Source: an uncultured Verrucomicrobiae bacterium (GTDB lineage Bacteria > Verrucomicrobiota > Verrucomicrobiia > Chthoniobacterales > Chthoniobacteraceae). Taken from it: DNA of 64,000 bases. The DNA is taken from the NCBI GenBank assembly GCA_963828525.1, contig CAWHEP010000011.1:160001-224000 (forward strand), given 5' to 3'. How positions within the stretch are numbered: the stretch's first letter is position 1; every line of letters starts with the position of its first letter. Position numbers and translations under genes: made by a program. Positions 19,920 to 29,906 of the stretch are shown piece by piece. The notes under the pieces are model-generated. The model worked only from the letters and a program-made list of their open reading frames with translations. It was not told the origin of the DNA and did not search any database.

Positions 19920-22295
19920 TCAAGCCAGAACGGAGACGTCGCTCGCTATCCACCGTCGCGTCGAACTTCGGAGGGTTTTACTCGCAACCTTCCCGTCGTG
20001 TTCCATAGTCGCCTCTTTTGGTTCAGACCCGTAGAAGACAGGACTGAACTCGACAGAGCCCTTTCGGAAGTTCCCGCTTTCCGTAATGCGCACCGTGGCA
20101 CCCGCCGCCGACATGGTCGCGCTTACGCTCGCGACGTTGTAGAGCCCTTTCGCGAAGTCCAGACTCTCGCGGTCATCAATGTAGTATTCGCATTCGCCGG
20201 TTCGCTCCTTGCTGAAGATGTGCAACTCGACATCGTCCAGCGTGGTATCCGCGTTGCGCACCTTGCCGTTGAAATAGGGGATCACCGCTCCATCCCGTAT
20301 GTAAATCAGAGTTTCGTCCAGGCTGGCCTCCGCGCGAACTGTTCTCCCGCCCTGAACCCATTGACCCCTCAGTATGTCAAACCACCAGCCTGGTGGCAGC
20401 ATCACATGCCTCTCCTGCCGACTTACACCCCGGGTGACCACCGTATTCGATGTGCTTGCCCTCTCGCAGATGGGAGCCAGCATGATCTCCGAGCCGACCA
20501 TGAACTGGTCGTCTACAAATTCGAACGCGCTATCCTCGAACTCGTAGAGCAGGGGACGCAGGACGGGATCTCCGTTCACGTGGTGGTTGAAGAAGCAGTT
20601 GTAGAGGTAAGGCAGGAGCCGGTATCGCGTGTAAATCGCGTTCCTTACGCGAGCGAGGCACAACGGGCCAAAGTTCCATGGCTCCTGCTCCTTCGTGTGG
20701 TTCGTGGAGTGATTCCGGAAGAACGGAAATAGGAAACCCGCTTGGTACCACCGCGTGATTAATTCCTCTTCGGTGTGTCCGAAGAACCCGCCCACATCCG
20801 GACCGTTGAAGGCAACTCCCGACAGGCCCAGGTTGATGGTGCACGGGATTGCCATGCGGAGATGATCCCAGTTGCTGACGTTGTCGCCTGTCCAGATGGC
20901 GCTGTAGCGCTGCGTGCCGGCGAAGCCGCTCCTTGTCAGGAGAAACGGTCGCGCCGTCTTGTCGTTTATCTCAAAGGCGGTTTTACTCGCCCGGGCCATG
21001 AAGTGACCGTACTGGTTATGATACTTGGCGTGCGGCACCGCGCCACCGCCGAACCGCATCGATTCCACCATGCTCCACCCGGTCGCGGGATCATTCATGT
21101 CCAGCCAGGCGCCATCCAGCGAAGCATCCGCCATAAACCTGGCGAGATGCTCAGCCCACCACTTCCGAACCGGTTCCAACGAGAAATCCGGAAACACCGT
21201 GTCCCCGGGCCACACCTTGCCCACGTAGTCCTTTCCGCTGAGCGTTTTGCAGAAGATATCCTTCCCTTTTCCGCTTTGATAGACGGAGTATCCCTCATCC
21301 AGCTTCACCCCCGGATCCACAATCGCTACGGCGCGGATGCCCGCCTCCTTTAGCTGCTTGTTTACCGACGCCGGATCGGGGATGTCGCGTTTATCCCATG
21401 TGAAAACCCTGTATTCATCCATGTAATCGATGTCGTACCAAAGCGCGCTGACCGGGACATCGTACTCGAGGAAGTTTTTCTTCAGAGCGTAGAACTCGGA
21501 AGCGGTCTTGTAGCCCCAGCGGCATTGGTGATGCCCAAGGCTCCAGAGTGGCGGCACGTCCGCCCGGCCTGTAATCTCCGCGAAATTCCGCGTCACATCC
21601 TTCAATGTCGGCCCACTTACGATGTAGATGTCGTTATTCCCGCCCAGCGACTCGCAGATGAGATGCCCTGTTTCAATTTGTCCCACATCGAATAACAGCC
21701 GCTCCGGGTTATCAAAAAAGATCCCCGTGGAGATTCCATGCGCGCGGATGATAGCCAGAGGGATCGCCACATACGCGGGATCATAGTCGTCCCTGCCAAA
21801 CGTGTGCGGAAAAACCGCGCCCACATCCACGTTGTAGAAGTCGAGTGTGTCGCCGCTCTTGTTGAAACGCTTTGTCCGCTCGCCGAATCCGTAGAATCCC
21901 GTCGCGTCGGTGGTATCGAAATTGATGATTGCCGCCTCTCCCAGGAAGCCGATGCCGTCCGGGGCCGTTTTGAGGACGGCGCCGCTCTTGAGATGGATGC
22001 TCAGGCGGCCTGCTTCCAGGCGGATATCGCAAGCAGAGGAAACAAACCCGCCGATCTCTTGATTCGGCGCAAGTGCCGTTCCTGCTCGATGCGTCTCGAT
22101 GATGGCATCGGAATAGTTCTTCTTATCCGCGACGTTCGAATTGTCGAATCGCAGCCGCGAGCAGGAGGCGGTTATCTCCGCGCAGGTGACCCGGGTCTTG
22201 AAAGAATTGCCGGAGAGCAGGAACCCATCACCGTCGATGGTGATCGCGCTGCCATATTCGAAATTGTAGGGATGGATTCTTTGGCCAAATAGCAT
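19920..22295 (-). CDS. GH31 alpha-glucosidase
   Basis: FYGFGER, LGHHQCRWGY, WYDIDYMD, WLDMNDP nucleophile motif, WTGDN, GPDVGGF. Confidence 0.92.
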   Translation of the reverse strand: MLFGQRIHPYNFEYGSAITIDGDGFLLSGNSFKTRVTCAEITASCSRLRFDNSNVADKKNYSDAIIETHRAGTALAPNQEIGGFVSSACDIRLEAGRLSIHLKSGAVLKTAPDGIGFLGEAAIINFDTTDATGFYGFGERTKRFNKSGDTLDFYNVDVGAVFPHTFGRDDYDPAYVAIPLAIIRAHGISTGIFFDNPERLLFDVGQIETGHLICESLGGNNDIYIVSGPTLKDVTRNFAEITGRADVPPLWSLGHHQCRWGYKTASEFYALKKNFLEYDVPVSALWYDIDYMDEYRVFTWDKRDIPDPASVNKQLKEAGIRAVAIVDPGVKLDEGYSVYQSGKGKDIFCKTLSGKDYVGKVWPGDTVFPDFSLEPVRKWWAEHLARFMADASLDGAWLDMNDPATGWSMVESMRFGGGAVPHAKYHNQYGHFMARASKTAFEINDKTARPFLLTRSGFAGTQRYSAIWTGDNVSNWDHLRMAIPCTINLGLSGVAFNGPDVGGFFGHTEEELITRWYQAGFLFPFFRNHSTNHTKEQEPWNFGPLCLARVRNAIYTRYRLLPYLYNCFFNHHVNGDPVLRPLLYEFEDSAFEFVDDQFMVGSEIMLAPICERASTSNTVVTRGVSRQERHVMLPPGWWFDILRGQWVQGGRTVRAEASLDETLIYIRDGAVIPYFNGKVRNADTTLDDVELHIFSKERTGECEYYIDDRESLDFAKGLYNVASVSATMSAAGATVRITESGNFRKGSVEFSPVFYGSEPKEATMEHDGKVASKTLRSSTRRWIASDVSVLA

Positions 22296-22396
22296 TTTTG
22301 CTTCCTTATCGGGGAGGCTTGGAAGTCGCTGCTTCGTCAGTCCCGCTCCAATCAAGAAAACGGAAACGATCCTTCGGTTGGCCCCTTATTTCTGTT

Positions 22397-22888
22397 CTAC
22401 ACTCTCAACAGGGACGCCACCTCGTTCTGCACCGCTTCAATCTGTTCCATCCGCAGCTCAGGATCCGGGATCACGAACACCTCGCCCGTTTTCACATGCT
22501 CATAGATGAGTGTCTTTCCCTCGCTCGTTCGGCGACTTTCGACCTGTTTCAGGACGCGTTTCCTCTCCAGCATCAGCGCGAGGATGTACCGCGCGCTGGC
22601 CTGCTCGGCGGTTCCCCCGTTCATGAAGCGTCGCAGCAAATCCTCAGCGGATTCTTTGGGGAGCGGTTCAGGTGGTGGAGGTGGCGGCGCCTCGAACTTT
22701 GACCGCCAAAAGGAGAAGGGCTGAATATTATCGTTTCTCAGTTCCCACGCTTCCTCCGACAGATCCTGTCGCGTGAAGCCCTCTCGGCCGTGATACAGAA
22801 GTGTGTAAAAAAACTCCCCCTCCGCGAAGGGTCTGTTCGTCACCGAGCAGCATTCAGCCCGCGACTTGATCTCCCAATCCTGAGGCAT
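22397..22888 (-). CDS. conserved hypothetical protein
   Basis: Clean 163-aa ORF in operon position (PFSFWRSKF, YILALMLERKRVLK). Confidence 0.7.
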   Translation of the reverse strand: MPQDWEIKSRAECCSVTNRPFAEGEFFYTLLYHGREGFTRQDLSEEAWELRNDNIQPFSFWRSKFEAPPPPPPEPLPKESAEDLLRRFMNGGTAEQASARYILALMLERKRVLKQVESRRTSEGKTLIYEHVKTGEVFVIPDPELRMEQIEAVQNEVASLLRV

Positions 22889-22890
22889 CC

Positions 22891-24495
22891 CTACGGGAGA
22901 ACAGCGTCCCGGAGGAAGCTCTTGAAGTCAGCCTTCATGCTCGGCAGGCACGCTTCATCATTGTAGATCATGTGCCCGCTTGGATAGCCGATGAACCGGA
23001 TATTTTCCCTCAAAGAGGGATCCAGCGGCATCTGGTTGATGACGTATTGGGTGGAGAAGTAGGGGATTGCCATATCGTAGTAGCCGCAGGCCACCCACAC
23101 CTTGAGATGGGGGTTCGCGCTCATCGCCTTGCCTAAATCCTCGGAGACATCCAGGAAACGGTTCTCGACGTTGCCGAAGCTCCACGGCGAGACATTGGCC
23201 AGTGTTTCGTATGGTAAATCGGTTTCGAACTTGAGTTCGTCACGCAGGTATTGATTGATGGCCGCCGTAAAGTGCCCCTTCACCGCCTCAAAACTTGGGT
23301 CAAAATCCGCCCCATCGGGATCATACCCGATTCCCTTAAACCTGTCATCGAAGCGTCCTATGGACCGATTCACCGGCTTTAGCAGCTCCTGCATGAACTC
23401 GCCGGGCGGGATCCGCATGTGATATCTTTTCACGAATTCCAGCGGCAACGCGGTAAAGTCCGCGACGCGTCGCGCGATCCTGTTCTTTTCTTCATCTGGC
23501 AGGCTGCTTCCCCTCGCGAGAGCCAGCAGGTAATCCTTGGCCGCAAACTCCTCGGCTTCCTTCCTTACTTCATCCACTCCCTTGCCCTGCAAGTCCGCCG
23601 GGAGGCGTTTGTGATACCACGCCGCCGCCGCGTAAGTGGGGAGATACAGCAGATAGGGCTCATCATTCGCGGGGTTCGTCTCGATGGTCTGCCAATTCAA
23701 CAGGCCCGAGACGATGACAATGCCATTCAGGTACAGGCTGAATGTATCCTGCAAATACGCCGAAAGCGCCGCAGCGCGGGTGCCCCCGTAACTCTCGCCC
23801 ACAACGAACTTCGGGGAGAGCCATCGGTCATTGCGTGTGGTGTAGAGCCGTATGAAATCCGCGATGGATTTTATATCTCCCTGGAAAGCGTGGAATGGCT
23901 TGGCGCTCTCACCGGGCACCGCTCGGCTGTAACCGGTCGAAACCGGATCGATGAAGACCAGGTCGGTGAGATCCAGCCAACTGGAGTCGTTGTCCAGCAG
24001 TTCGTTCTCGCTGTATGGAGGGCCGCCCGGTTGAGGCAGCTTGACACGCCGCGGGCCAAGCGCGCCGAGATGCAGCCAGACCGAAGCCGCCCCTGGCCCG
24101 CCGTTGAATGAGAACGTGATCGGCCTCTTTGCCACCGGCCCTGTATCTTCACGGGTGTAGGCCACAAAGAATATTTTGGCTTTCGCCAGGCGGCCATCCT
24201 CCCCGGGCTTCTTGCCTTCCTCCGGTTTTCCATCGGTTTCATCTTTCAAAACCAGGTAGCCTGCTGTCGCCTTATATTTTACGGGCTCGCCTCCGATGAG
24301 GACGCTATGCATCGTTACCGTTAGCTTCGGCTCCGCGGTATCATGCTCGGCTTCCTTTGCAGGGACGGTCTTGGCTGGAGAAGAGTCAGCCGCCGGGGTG
24401 GGGGATGCGCCCGGCGCTTCAGACGCGCATACGGGTCGCATAGCGAGAAAGCAAAGCGCGAGGGCGGCGAGGGAGAAAGGTCGGGGATGGGCCAT
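22891..24495 (-). CDS. S10 family serine carboxypeptidase
   Basis: FNGGPGAAS, VFIDPVSTGYS, GESYGG, GYYDM, SGHMIY. Confidence 0.92.
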   Translation of the reverse strand: MAHPRPFSLAALALCFLAMRPVCASEAPGASPTPAADSSPAKTVPAKEAEHDTAEPKLTVTMHSVLIGGEPVKYKATAGYLVLKDETDGKPEEGKKPGEDGRLAKAKIFFVAYTREDTGPVAKRPITFSFNGGPGAASVWLHLGALGPRRVKLPQPGGPPYSENELLDNDSSWLDLTDLVFIDPVSTGYSRAVPGESAKPFHAFQGDIKSIADFIRLYTTRNDRWLSPKFVVGESYGGTRAAALSAYLQDTFSLYLNGIVIVSGLLNWQTIETNPANDEPYLLYLPTYAAAAWYHKRLPADLQGKGVDEVRKEAEEFAAKDYLLALARGSSLPDEEKNRIARRVADFTALPLEFVKRYHMRIPPGEFMQELLKPVNRSIGRFDDRFKGIGYDPDGADFDPSFEAVKGHFTAAINQYLRDELKFETDLPYETLANVSPWSFGNVENRFLDVSEDLGKAMSANPHLKVWVACGYYDMAIPYFSTQYVINQMPLDPSLRENIRFIGYPSGHMIYNDEACLPSMKADFKSFLRDAVLP

Positions 24496-24593
24496 GAGAA
24501 TGCGGTGGGATAGTCCTGTTACACCATCCCGCGCGAAACGGCAATCGCACCCCTCACGGCAGGGATGGATATCCTCGGTTTACCGCCCTGGGA

Positions 24594-26096
24594 TCAGCGC
24601 CCCTTGACCTGTTTCAAAAACCCGAGTCCCGTCGCCGCCAGCACTGTCATCACAACGCCGCCACGCCAGACATAATTCAGAAACCCGGCTTTTCCATGCA
24701 CTGGGGCAACGAAGACGATGATCCCCAGCGTGAGGAGGGACAGCCCCACAGGAGCTGCCACCTTGCGAAGGAAAGCGCCTCCCATCTCGAGGATTCCCAT
24801 GTTCAGGAACCGGGACGTGAGGGGAACAAGTAAAAACCAGCCCAGCAGCAACGTAGGAACCATTGTCCCGAGCGCCACGCCGAGCACCCCGTATCTTTTG
24901 ACCAGTATAACGCTCGCTACAAGATTTATGCCCGCGTCGATCAAGCTAATCTTTAGCAGCCGCCTCTCCCACCCACACATCATTAGGATGCGCTTGGAGC
25001 AACTGTTGGTGAGCAGCGAACTATATGTGGCCAGTAGCAACGACTGGCCAACCCAAAAGGTTGCCGTTTCCACCGACTTTAGGCCTGTCAGAATCTTGAT
25101 GAGAGGTTCCAGATAGACCGCGCAGATCGCGTACAGAGGCGTGGTAAGGAAGATGGTGAGCTGGGTGCTCTTTACGAGCAAGTCGCGAAGCCCTGCTTCA
25201 TCCTTGGTGATGTTGAGCTGCGCGGCCGCGGGCGAGAGCGCGTCCTGCATTTGCACCGAGAAAAGCCCGAACATTTCCGCGGCCTTGTAGCCCGCTTGAT
25301 AAACCGCGACAAAGGCAACTCCGATTCCGAAGCTGATAACAGCCTGATCGGTGCGCGCCATGATGAGATTCGTAAAGGTGATGAGGTAAGCAACGATCGA
25401 AAACGAGAGCACCCCTTGCACGGCCGCAAAACGAAAGTGCTTGGGGTGCAGGCTGAATTCCGGGATGCGCTGAAACACCATGATCATCGCTACAAAATTC
25501 GGCGCCACTGTCGTGGCCACGCTGATGAGGACGATGATCGGGAAAGCCCATCCCGCCATCAGAGCCCAGGTCATGAGAGCCAGATTTACGATCAGTGAAA
25601 CGATGGTGACCCAGTTGGCGAGATCGATGCGCTGCAGCCCGCGCAACATTTCCGAAAAAATCCCGAGCGGGAAAGCGAGCGCCATGGCGCTGAAGAAGAT
25701 GGTGTAGCCGAGCGCGAGCGCTGGCCGGCCTTGCGCGCTTACTTTTGTCCACTCCATGAACCACGGCTGCGCCACTGCGAACACCGCCAGCAACACGGCT
25801 CCCAGAAACGCGAAAGTCCAGAAGATCGTGCAGATAAGGTGGTTCAACTCGCCGATCTGGCCACTCGCTGTCTTTTCGGCCACGGCTTTCTGCGCCGTGA
25901 ATCCGAGGCCAAAATCCAGCAGGATCGTATAACCAAACATCGACCATAACAGGGAATAGAATCCAAATTGCTCCTGCGTGAGGTGCTGATAAGTGAGTCG
26001 GAAAAGCACCAGTCCGGAAATGAGGCGCAGCACCGTGCGCAAGTAGTTGGTGAACGTGTTTCGCCAAAAATATTTCTGCCAATCGCGTCCGCTCAT
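24594..26096 (-). CDS. polysaccharide flippase (Wzx/MATE-like)
   Basis: Multi-TM protein with LLDFGLG and YGVLGVALGT; in a glycosyltransferase cluster. Confidence 0.85.
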   Translation of the reverse strand: MSGRDWQKYFWRNTFTNYLRTVLRLISGLVLFRLTYQHLTQEQFGFYSLLWSMFGYTILLDFGLGFTAQKAVAEKTASGQIGELNHLICTIFWTFAFLGAVLLAVFAVAQPWFMEWTKVSAQGRPALALGYTIFFSAMALAFPLGIFSEMLRGLQRIDLANWVTIVSLIVNLALMTWALMAGWAFPIIVLISVATTVAPNFVAMIMVFQRIPEFSLHPKHFRFAAVQGVLSFSIVAYLITFTNLIMARTDQAVISFGIGVAFVAVYQAGYKAAEMFGLFSVQMQDALSPAAAQLNITKDEAGLRDLLVKSTQLTIFLTTPLYAICAVYLEPLIKILTGLKSVETATFWVGQSLLLATYSSLLTNSCSKRILMMCGWERRLLKISLIDAGINLVASVILVKRYGVLGVALGTMVPTLLLGWFLLVPLTSRFLNMGILEMGGAFLRKVAAPVGLSLLTLGIIVFVAPVHGKAGFLNYVWRGGVVMTVLAATGLGFLKQVKGR

Positions 26097-27295
26097 GTTC
26101 CCTCCAGAAACCGCTCGATCTGAGTGGTTATTGTGCCGATGTCATACTTCTCGATCACTTCCTGCCGCGCCGTCTCGACCATCGCGCGGCGCAAATCCGG
26201 TTGGCGCTCCATCGTCAGGATCTGGGCCGCGAGATCATCCGCGTCGCCTGTTCGAAAACCCAGGGCGTTTTCCCCGTGGCGCGCCAGTTCCCGGCTGCCT
26301 CCCTCCAGCGTCATTGCCACCGGCAGGCGCGCTGCCATTGCCTCCAGTGGCGTGAGCGCGAAAGGCTCTTCCCAGGCAGAGGTAAAGAGAAGAGCATCAT
26401 ACTCGGCATACACACCGGCCATTTCCGCCGCGTTCGCGCTCTTAAACTCAACGCGATTTCCGAGACTCTCCGCCTCTTTTCGCAGCAGCGCCGTATAAGC
26501 CTCGTCGCCGCGTCCAAACAGCGAGAGGGTGAATTTCTCCGGCAGGAGCTTTAGCGCCCGGATGGCGGTGAGGGGATCCTTGTCTTCCGCAAGCCTCCCT
26601 ACATAGAGCAACCGCGTAAAGCGGTCGCTTTCCGGGCGTCGCGCAAACTTCCGTGTTTCAATACCGCAGTAGATCACGCTGGCATGCTCCAGAGCGTAGC
26701 CCTTCGCTATGGTCAATTGCTTCAAGGCGTCGCTGCAAAAGTAGATTCTGCGGAACTTGATTTCATCCCAGGCGGCGAAAGGCGCCTGCCTTTCAATTCG
26801 AGCGGAAATGCCTGTCGCTTTTAAAAACTCTCGCGCCACCCTTGCAAGCTTCCCGCCTGAATTGCCATTCCACCAACGCAGCCATACATCCGCCTTGAGG
26901 CTCCTGGCGATCCAATGGTCAGAGACGTCGTAGGCCACGCGGAACCCTGAACGCTGCAGCGCAACCGTAAAAGCCTTGCTGATCCCGCCCAGATTCCACA
27001 CATGGACGACGTCTGGCTGAAAGTCAGCCAATTCCTCCTTTAGCACTGCTTGATTTTCCTTCTCCAGCTGAAAGAGCTTTGCAATCCCAAGCCATGGATG
27101 CCCGAAAAATCCGTGTATGCGCAAGCGCCGATGCACGTGACCTTCAACGGTCGGGCCTCCCACGCCGTGAGTTGAGGTGAGGACACGCGCGTCGTGGCCG
27201 CGCCCGCGAAGGATATCTATGATCTGGCGGCACCTTTCTTCGTAGCCGCCGATCGCGTGCGGCGGATAGAGGTTGCTGATCACCAATATCTTCAT
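26093..27295 (-). CDS. GT4 glycosyltransferase
   Basis: MKILVISNLYPPHAIGGYE, LYVGRL, EPFALTPLEAMA. Confidence 0.9.
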   Translation of the reverse strand: MKILVISNLYPPHAIGGYEERCRQIIDILRGRGHDARVLTSTHGVGGPTVEGHVHRRLRIHGFFGHPWLGIAKLFQLEKENQAVLKEELADFQPDVVHVWNLGGISKAFTVALQRSGFRVAYDVSDHWIARSLKADVWLRWWNGNSGGKLARVAREFLKATGISARIERQAPFAAWDEIKFRRIYFCSDALKQLTIAKGYALEHASVIYCGIETRKFARRPESDRFTRLLYVGRLAEDKDPLTAIRALKLLPEKFTLSLFGRGDEAYTALLRKEAESLGNRVEFKSANAAEMAGVYAEYDALLFTSAWEEPFALTPLEAMAARLPVAMTLEGGSRELARHGENALGFRTGDADDLAAQILTMERQPDLRRAMVETARQEVIEKYDIGTITTQIERFLEGT

Positions 27296-28176
27296 TGGGC
27301 GCTCCGCCCATAGTGTTTCCAACCCGCCCGGTAGCCATCCATCTTGCCCAACCGTTGCGCGAACCGCACTGCCGCTGCGTGCGGCAGTTCGCCAATCTGT
27401 TTTTGACGAACACAATGGACAGCGTCGCGCGCCAAATCCCGGAGCGTTCCCACTCCGACCGTGTAGCGCAAATTGTAATTGCGGGCCGGCGTCTCACTGG
27501 TTGCGGCGAGGGCGAACGTGTCCCCATAAGCCCGTTTGTATGCCTGTTTCAGCGTGTAGTTATGAGAGTGGATTGCCACCGATTTCTCAGCGAATACGAT
27601 CTTCCATCCGTTCGCTTTTATCCTCCGCGACCATTCGTCGTCCTCCGCGTATTGCAGGTCTTCGCGGAATGGGTGCGCTTCCCACGCTTGGCGATTGACT
27701 ATACAGCTCACCATGCTGAAAAAATGATCCCAACTGTGGGATACGCGCCGGACGCCGAAGCACTGCTCATAATCGTGCGCAAACACAGCGCGGCAGTCCG
27801 CTCTCGGAATCTGACGGCTGAATGCCGCGCCCACATTCTTGTCGGTTTGCGCGGCCGCCACCAACTCCGACAGCCATTCGTTGTTTGACGGTTCACCGTC
27901 CGAGTTTAGAAACACAACCCACTCCCCAGCTGATTCACGCATGCCGCGATTCAGCACGATTCCTGGTACATACTCTTCGGCGCGGATTTGAATCAGCTGA
28001 TGAGGGCCGGACGCTTTGATGACCTCCACTGTCTCATCCGTTGATCCCGAATCGATGTGAATGACTTCAACCTTTGCCGGGAAATTCTGCGAATACACAC
28101 CCCGCAACGTTCCCCCAATGAGCGAACCGTCGTTCTTTGATCTCATAACTATGGAGATTGTGGAAGTGCCCGCCAT
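27292..28176 (-). CDS. GT2 glycosyltransferase (rhamnosyltransferase-like)
   Basis: IDSGSTDET, VFLNSD, FSRQIP, YAEDDEW, HSHNY. Confidence 0.88.
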   Translation of the reverse strand: MAGTSTISIVMRSKNDGSLIGGTLRGVYSQNFPAKVEVIHIDSGSTDETVEVIKASGPHQLIQIRAEEYVPGIVLNRGMRESAGEWVVFLNSDGEPSNNEWLSELVAAAQTDKNVGAAFSRQIPRADCRAVFAHDYEQCFGVRRVSHSWDHFFSMVSCIVNRQAWEAHPFREDLQYAEDDEWSRRIKANGWKIVFAEKSVAIHSHNYTLKQAYKRAYGDTFALAATSETPARNYNLRYTVGVGTLRDLARDAVHCVRQKQIGELPHAAAVRFAQRLGKMDGYRAGWKHYGRSAQ

Positions 28177-28244
28177 TGCTTGTTTGTCTATGCGATTTTT
28201 GAACTGCTCCAACGCTGGGTGCGCAAGTTGCTAACTGTGTCACC

Positions 28245-29906
28245 ATGCCTAAGCAGTCCCCACGCCAGGGAAATCGAATTTTCGTGACGGGACATCGCCG
28301 CCCTGACACCGACTCCGCTGTTTCCGCCTGTGTCGCGGCGCGCCTCAAAGGGTGCCTGGATGCCTCAAATGACTACGAGGCGATCCTGCTGGATGAACCT
28401 AATCGGCAGACCCAATTCGTCTTCGCCAAAGCGGGCATCGCCGCCCCAGAGGTTCGCAACGATATACGTCCCACAGTCGGAGAGACGATGAACCGCCAAT
28501 TCGTCAGCATCCGCCAGGATGCCCATTTGGCGGAGGCCGTGGATCTTCTGCACTCCGCCAGCGGCAGCCTCATTCCTGTGCTCGGCAAGCAGGGAGCGCT
28601 CGCGGGGGTGCTCAGCGATCGCCTTCCTCAAAGCCGCTACTTCTACAATTTCAATCCGGAGGACTATCTCGGCCACCTGATCTATATGGAGGATGCGATC
28701 TCCGCTATCGGTCTGAGGCCGCTCGGTGAGTGCAACGAGGCTGTTTTTTCTGAGGCTCCCGGTTGTTTTCGGCTGGGCTGCGTCTCCGCTTCGATGGCGC
28801 GGGCGAGGTGGTCGAAAGAAGACGTGGTGCTATGTGGGGCCTGCCCGGCAACTCTGGCGCTCGCAAGGGAAGTGAACGCGCGCGCCGTGATCCTCGCGGA
28901 GTGCGACTTACCGGAAGCGGAGTTGCTCGCGAAGGAATACGCTTCCCTCCCGATGTTTTATTTCAACGGCTCGCTCATCAGCCTCGTCTCCCAGCTTGCT
29001 CTTGCCATTTCCGTTTCCGTGATCATGGAGCGCGACTATCCGAAACTGTATGCAAACCAACTTTTGGATGACGTCCGGGAACTGGTGGCGCACACCGCGC
29101 ATGCTTTGCCTGTGGTGGACTCCGAGCAGAAGGTCATCGGTACCCTCTCGAGGGCTGATTTGCTCGAAGAAAAACGTCCAATGTTAATCCTCGTCGATCA
29201 CTTTGAGCGCAACCAGTCGGTCTGCGGGATCGAGCATGCCGAGATACAAGAGATCATCGATCACCATCGGGTCGGCAATATAGAGACGCTCCATCCCGTG
29301 CGCGTGGATTGCAGGCCCGTCGGGAGCACGGCTTCCATTCTTGCCGCGCAATATGCCGAGGCCGGTCTTACTCCTTCGCGCGGCGAAGCGATTCTCCTGC
29401 TGGGAGCCTTGATTTCCGACACTCTCCTGCTGACTTCTCCAACCGCCACGCCGGGAGATTCAATCCTCGCGGCAAAGCTTGCGGAGATCGCGGGAGTGAA
29501 CCTTGAGGAATTCGGGCGGTCCGTTCTCAGGGAGAATGACGAGCTTGCCACCGCCTCACCTGCTGATCTGGTTGAAAAAGATCTTAAGGAGTTTCAGCAT
29601 GGGGCCGTGCGCTTTTCCGCCTCACAGATAGAAACGGTTGACCTCGGAATCCTCACAGCGCGGAGAACAAGCGCTCTTGCGAAGAGCCTGGACGCCATTC
29701 GCCGTGAACTTGGAGTCGCGTTCTCGCTGCTGATGGTCACCGACGTATTTAAAGGTGAGAGCCACGTCATCCTGTCTGACGAGAACCAGGCGCGCGCCGG
29801 AGTTCTGCTGGGAGGTCCCAGTCGAAAATTTGCGGGGATGGTCTCGCGCAAGAAGCAGCTTCTTCCCATGATTTTGGGGAACCTGGAAGTTTTCACCTCG
29901 AGATGA
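28245..29906 (+). CDS. ppaC: family II Mn-dependent inorganic pyrophosphatase with CBS/DRTGG-like insert
   Basis: GHRRPDTDS, CBS pair, ILVDHFE, IIDHHRVG, VGSTASI, ISDTL, MVSRKKQLLP. Confidence 0.88.
   Translation: MPKQSPRQGNRIFVTGHRRPDTDSAVSACVAARLKGCLDASNDYEAILLDEPNRQTQFVFAKAGIAAPEVRNDIRPTVGETMNRQFVSIRQDAHLAEAVDLLHSASGSLIPVLGKQGALAGVLSDRLPQSRYFYNFNPEDYLGHLIYMEDAISAIGLRPLGECNEAVFSEAPGCFRLGCVSASMARARWSKEDVVLCGACPATLALAREVNARAVILAECDLPEAELLAKEYASLPMFYFNGSLISLVSQLALAISVSVIMERDYPKLYANQLLDDVRELVAHTAHALPVVDSEQKVIGTLSRADLLEEKRPMLILVDHFERNQSVCGIEHAEIQEIIDHHRVGNIETLHPVRVDCRPVGSTASILAAQYAEAGLTPSRGEAILLLGALISDTLLLTSPTATPGDSILAAKLAEIAGVNLEEFGRSVLRENDELATASPADLVEKDLKEFQHGAVRFSASQIETVDLGILTARRTSALAKSLDAIRRELGVAFSLLMVTDVFKGESHVILSDENQARAGVLLGGPSRKFAGMVSRKKQLLPMILGNLEVFTSR

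Noticed and set aside
28217..28232. sigma54 promoter before ppaC (GGGTGCGCAAGTTGCT)
   Set aside because: GG-N10-GC spacing fits, but the -24 box is poor; not reported as a feature.
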